Shown: one piece after another, positions 63,160 through 64,000 of the stretch
Layout of the letters: every line of letters begins with the position of its first letter
Position numbering within the stretch: position 1 is the stretch's first letter
Assembly (NCBI GenBank): GCA_905612485.1
Contig: CAJQSE010000009.1
Coordinates: 20,193-84,192, forward strand
Direction of reading: 5' to 3'
DNA from: an uncultured Candidatus Nitrosopumilus sp.
GTDB lineage: Archaea > Thermoproteota > Nitrososphaeria > Nitrososphaerales > Nitrosopumilaceae
DNA: 64,000 nucleotides
The notes under the pieces: model-generated
Told to the model about the DNA's origin: nothing
Databases searched by the model: none
The model's input: the letters and a program-made list of their open reading frames with translations, nothing else
Made by a program: the position numbers and the translations under genes

Positions 63160-64000
63160 ATGGAGACAAAAAATATTGGACTACGAGGCATAGAAGTTGC
63201 AGATACAAAAATATCCAATATTGACGGGGAGAAAGGAAAATTAATTTACAGAGGATTTGACATTTTAGATCTTACAAAAAATTCAACATTTGAAGAAACA
63301 TCATACCTACTACTTTATGATAAACTACCAACTAAACGGGAATTAAATGAATTTAATGCAAAATTAGTTGAAGCTAGATACATTCCAAAGCAAATGCAAA
63401 AAAATATGGCAAATTGGAGAGGAGATGCAGATCCAATGGATATGCTTCAAGCATTTGTTTCAGCACTTGCAGGGTATTATGATGAAGAATTTTCCAATAA
63501 AGATGCAAGTATTGAAAAAGCAATCAACCTAATTGCAAAAGTTCCAACTATCATTGCAAGTTGGCAAAGAATTAGAAATGGTTTAGAAATTATTGATCCA
63601 GATTCATCATTAAGTCACGCTGCAAATTTTCTATATATGATGTTAGGAGAAAAACCAGATACAGAAGTTGAAAAAATATTTGATATTTGTCTAATACTTC
63701 ATGCAGATCATACATTTAATGCATCAACATTTACTGCAAGGCAAGTTGCATCCACAAGAGCACACATGTATTCAGCAGCAAGTGCTGCAATCGGTGCACT
63801 CAGTGGAGAATTACATGGAGGTGCAAATACTGAAGTCATGAAAATGTTATTAGAAATTGAAGAAATAGATAAAGTGGAATCATGGATTAAAGAAAAACTG
63901 AATCAAGGAGAAAAAATAATGGGCATGGGTCATGCAGTTTACAAAACATATGATCCTAGAGCACAGGTATTAAAAGAATTATCAAGAAAATTAGCTGCTA
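63160..64000 (+). CDS. gltA: Citrate synthase (runs off window end)
   Basis: GLRGI..ADT, LIYRG, LHADHTFNASTF, LHGGAN, MGMGHAVYK..DPR. Confidence 0.95.
   Translation, partial: METKNIGLRGIEVADTKISNIDGEKGKLIYRGFDILDLTKNSTFEETSYLLLYDKLPTKRELNEFNAKLVEARYIPKQMQKNMANWRGDADPMDMLQAFVSALAGYYDEEFSNKDASIEKAINLIAKVPTIIASWQRIRNGLEIIDPDSSLSHAANFLYMMLGEKPDTEVEKIFDICLILHADHTFNASTFTARQVASTRAHMYSAASAAIGALSGELHGGANTEVMKMLLEIEEIDKVESWIKEKLNQGEKIMGMGHAVYKTYDPRAQVLKELSRKLAA

Overview
This is a low-GC archaeal chromosome segment, almost certainly a Nitrosopumilaceae ammonia-oxidising thaumarchaeote (archaeal 16S/23S, CFI-box-CTERM protein, DnaJ-ferredoxin, CdvC/CdvB-like genes, FBP aldolase/phosphatase). Most of it is core genome: a 16S-23S rRNA operon on the minus strand, a hemL-like gene, rpo12-rps10-EF1A, fbp, DNA ligase, endA, a PINA ATPase, tldD-udg-mpg, aspS, ilvB/ilvH/leuA/leuB, lsrF-like plus ADH, atpF, cdvC, trmB and a partial citrate synthase. 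The most notable observations from reading the raw sequence are: (1) a PHA storage locus (phaE-phaC, AbrB-type phaR) whose adjacent phasin-like gene is an unannotated pseudogene, while an intact paralogue 13 kb away shares a 14-bp motif with the phaR start; (2) a ~3.9-kb island after aspS with about 14 genes, mostly micro-ORFs (zinc-finger or single-TM), a pentapeptide-repeat protein bracketed by a ~50-bp direct repeat, a duplicated promoter element and a candidate structured ncRNA; (3) an orphan carB 3' fragment fused to the cdvC stop codon and a one-base frameshift in ilvB, each either real gene decay or an assembly artefact; (4) a double-SDR protein with the YxxRxxY motif of malonyl-CoA reductases; (5) a recurrent N-terminal MGL(F/L) motif on unrelated proteins. 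No CRISPR array, transposase, integrase or tRNA was seen. All product calls come from motif recognition by eye; no database searches were run.
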